Source: an uncultured bacterium
GTDB lineage: Bacteria; Bacillota; Clostridia; Christensenellales; HGM11417
DNA length: 64,000 bases
Assembly: GCA_905215695.1 (NCBI GenBank)
Contig: CAJMQN010000003.1
Span: 171,436-235,435, forward strand
Reading direction: 5' to 3'
The translations under genes were made by a program, and so were the position numbers. The notes beneath the pieces are model-generated. The model was given only the letters and a program-made list of their open reading frames with translations, had not been told where the DNA came from and did not search any database. Positions 62,461-64,000 of the stretch are shown here, one piece after another (position 1 is the first letter of the stretch; the number at the start of each line of letters is the position of its first letter).

Positions 62461-63450
62461 ATGGAAAAATATAAGCGACAGGAAGTCAGCCCTGTCGAGG
62501 AGGAAAACGAAAGAGACGAGACCTATCAGGCGAGCAATCCGCATATAGACAGTTCCCGAACGCATCTAAACTATCACCTTATATTGCCCAGGAAAAGCTA
62601 TATGGAGATAATCAACGAGAGGTTGTCGGAATTGGATTTAAAACGCAAAATCCGTTCGGACGCTATCCTGATGAATTCGTTTATCGTAACGTCGGATGGT
62701 GAGTTCTTCAAGGGTTTACATCCTTGGGAGCAAAGAGAATTTTTCAGGGACTGCACCGAGTTTTTCTCTCGGAAGTACGGAAAAGAAAATATGATTTCCG
62801 CAATCGTACATATGGACGAAACCACGCCGCATATGCACTTGAACTTTGTGCCTATCAATGACGGGCGGTTAAGCAGTAAAAGCCTATTTGACAGACAGAA
62901 ACTTGCGGAATTGCAAACGGAGTTATGGGAACAAGTCGGCAAAAAATACGGTTTACAGCGCGGCAAGGAAAACAGTCAGGCAACGCACATTACAGCCGCC
63001 GAGCATAAAGCAAAGGTCATTGTGCAATCGGCAGAGCAAAAGCGTGATGAGATTGACAGACAAACCGAGCAAAAGCAAGCCGAGCTTGACGGACTAACCC
63101 AAACGGTTGAAGCGGTAACACAAGCAACGGGCAAGCCGATACCCAAAAAGAAGAAACAAGCAGCGGACGAAATCACGGTGCTACGGGCAAGAAACACCCT
63201 GCTCGAAGAAGAAATCAAGCGCGGAAATAAAGACCGAGCGGACGTATTCCAACAGTATATGAGAGAAAAGCGACGAGCCGACGGTTACGAAAAGACCGTA
63301 CAGGAAGTTGCGGAAATTAAGGCGATACTGCCCGAAGGGTACGCCCAGCTATTGCAAGACGTACAAGACGAAAAAGCCGCCCGATACGAAAGAGAACGGC
63401 AACAAAATCTTGCCCGTATTCGCGGACGAAACAAAGACTATTATATGTAA
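62461..63450 (+). CDS. MobV-family (Mob/Pre) relaxase, with deviant motif I
   Basis: Motif III VHMDETTPHMHLNFVP (HxDE..PHxH) and N-terminal SRTHLNYHL. The expected HNxR is EENER. C-terminal coiled coil. Confidence 0.85.
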   Translation: MEKYKRQEVSPVEEENERDETYQASNPHIDSSRTHLNYHLILPRKSYMEIINERLSELDLKRKIRSDAILMNSFIVTSDGEFFKGLHPWEQREFFRDCTEFFSRKYGKENMISAIVHMDETTPHMHLNFVPINDGRLSSKSLFDRQKLAELQTELWEQVGKKYGLQRGKENSQATHITAAEHKAKVIVQSAEQKRDEIDRQTEQKQAELDGLTQTVEAVTQATGKPIPKKKKQAADEITVLRARNTLLEEEIKRGNKDRADVFQQYMREKRRADGYEKTVQEVAEIKAILPEGYAQLLQDVQDEKAARYERERQQNLARIRGRNKDYYM

Positions 63451-63471
63451 GGAGGAAAACGCTAACAGTTA

Positions 63472-63660
63472 ATGTCAAGACGGAAAAAGAACACCACAGG
63501 GATACCCGATTTTGAAATCGACTCCCTTGCAAGAGCATTACTGCCCGCTATACAAGCCTACTTTGAAACCGAAGAAGGACAAAGAGAGTTTGCGGCGTGG
63601 CAAGCCGAAAGGCAACAACGACAACTGAATAAAAAACTTAATAATAAAGAGTCCCGTTAA
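63472..63660 (+). CDS. Small hypothetical element protein (62 aa)
   Basis: ORF directly after mob. Charged helical. No family recognised. Confidence 0.4.
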   Translation: MSRRKKNTTGIPDFEIDSLARALLPAIQAYFETEEGQREFAAWQAERQQRQLNKKLNNKESR

Positions 63661-63791
63661 ATCGTATAGGGATAGCCGTTGAAAAAGACGGAACACGAAA
63701 ACCGCCGTGGTAGAGCGGTATATAAATGAAAGAGTTACATAAACATAATGTAAAAGGTTGCGCCGAATGTCATAAACCTAAACAACGGCAC

Positions 63792-63830
63792 GGCGAGCAA
63801 ACATTTTAGTTTGCTCGCCAATTTTTTTTA
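63792..63830 (+). terminator. Intrinsic terminator
   Basis: GGCGAGCAAAC-atttta-GTTTGCTCGCC followed by AA + T8. Confidence 0.85.
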
Positions 63831-63849
63831 CTTTTTTGGGTAAAATCTA

Positions 63850-63884
63850 TTGACAACCGTCTATATGAACTGTATAATATAGAT
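63850..63884 (+). promoter_or_regulatory. Promoter with overlapping inverted repeat (candidate ArsR-family autoregulatory operator)
   Basis: TTGACA (63850-63855), 17-nt spacer, TATAAT (63873-63878). TCTATAT (63860-63866) / ATATAGA (63877-63883) bracket the -10. Confidence 0.6.
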
Positions 63885-63907
63885 AATCATAAATATGAGA
63901 GGGCGTT

Positions 63908-64000
63908 ATGGACGCATTAGAATGTACTAAAATATTAAAGGCTTTGAGTGAAGACACCCGTATGAAAATCTTTGAAATGTTACGAGGCGGGAAAAAGTGC
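63908..64000 (+). CDS. ArsR/SmtB-family metalloregulator, C-terminus outside window
   Basis: MDALECTKILKALSEDTRMKIFEMLRGGKKC is a typical ArsR-family N-terminus and start of the HTH. Confidence 0.75.
   Translation, partial: MDALECTKILKALSEDTRMKIFEMLRGGKKC

Larger units (their letters stand above)
58885..64000. mobile_element. Integrative mobilisable element (serine-recombinase + MobV type), left end near 58.9 kb, right end outside window
   Basis: Abrupt drop in G+C by eye right after the host terminator. Contains a large serine recombinase, XRE regulator, MobV relaxase with an IR-rich upstream region, and ArsR cargo. Architecture is reminiscent of Tn4451-like elements. Confidence 0.75.

Overview
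High-G+C Firmicutes/Clostridia-type chromosome. Supporting signs are a Bacillus-type long SRP RNA, an L-box riboswitch, sipW/TasA-type genes and sigma-A-like TTGACA-17-TATAAT promoters. A visibly lower-G+C mobile element sits at the right edge. Housekeeping content: feoA-feoA-feoB, ychF, SRP RNA, a heterodimeric ABC exporter pair, asd-dapA-dapB behind a lysine riboswitch, an M20 amidohydrolase, hslO, valS and a NitT/TauT-type ABC importer. Accessory content: (i) Two separate SipW-type signal-peptidase loci (5.6-8.5 kb and 29.8-35.9 kb). The second encodes three TasA/camelysin-family proteins, two of them fused to long beta-helix-like C-terminal regions. An uncharacterised domain is fused to SipW in locus 1 and free-standing, membrane-anchored, in locus 2. 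(ii) A near-palindromic motif (core AAAGGTGTACCTTT) occurs as inverted pairs with 92-93 bp spacing in the leaders of both SipW loci and of a third cell-surface/glycan locus. (iii) A 15-kb glycan/cell-surface locus (43.5-58.8 kb) holds a 1283-aa six-repeat surface protein with a Gly/Cys-rich C-terminal anchor. This locus shows three apparent lesions: a chimeric permease, a deletion junction and an in-frame TAG. (iv) An integrative mobilisable element runs from about 58.9 kb to beyond the window. It carries a large serine recombinase, an XRE regulator, a 600-nt ORF-free promoter-driven region with a 10-codon mini-ORF, a MobV relaxase with a deviant motif I, and an ArsR regulator. No CRISPR array, rRNA or tRNA was seen. 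All family assignments rest on reading motifs by eye; no searches were run.
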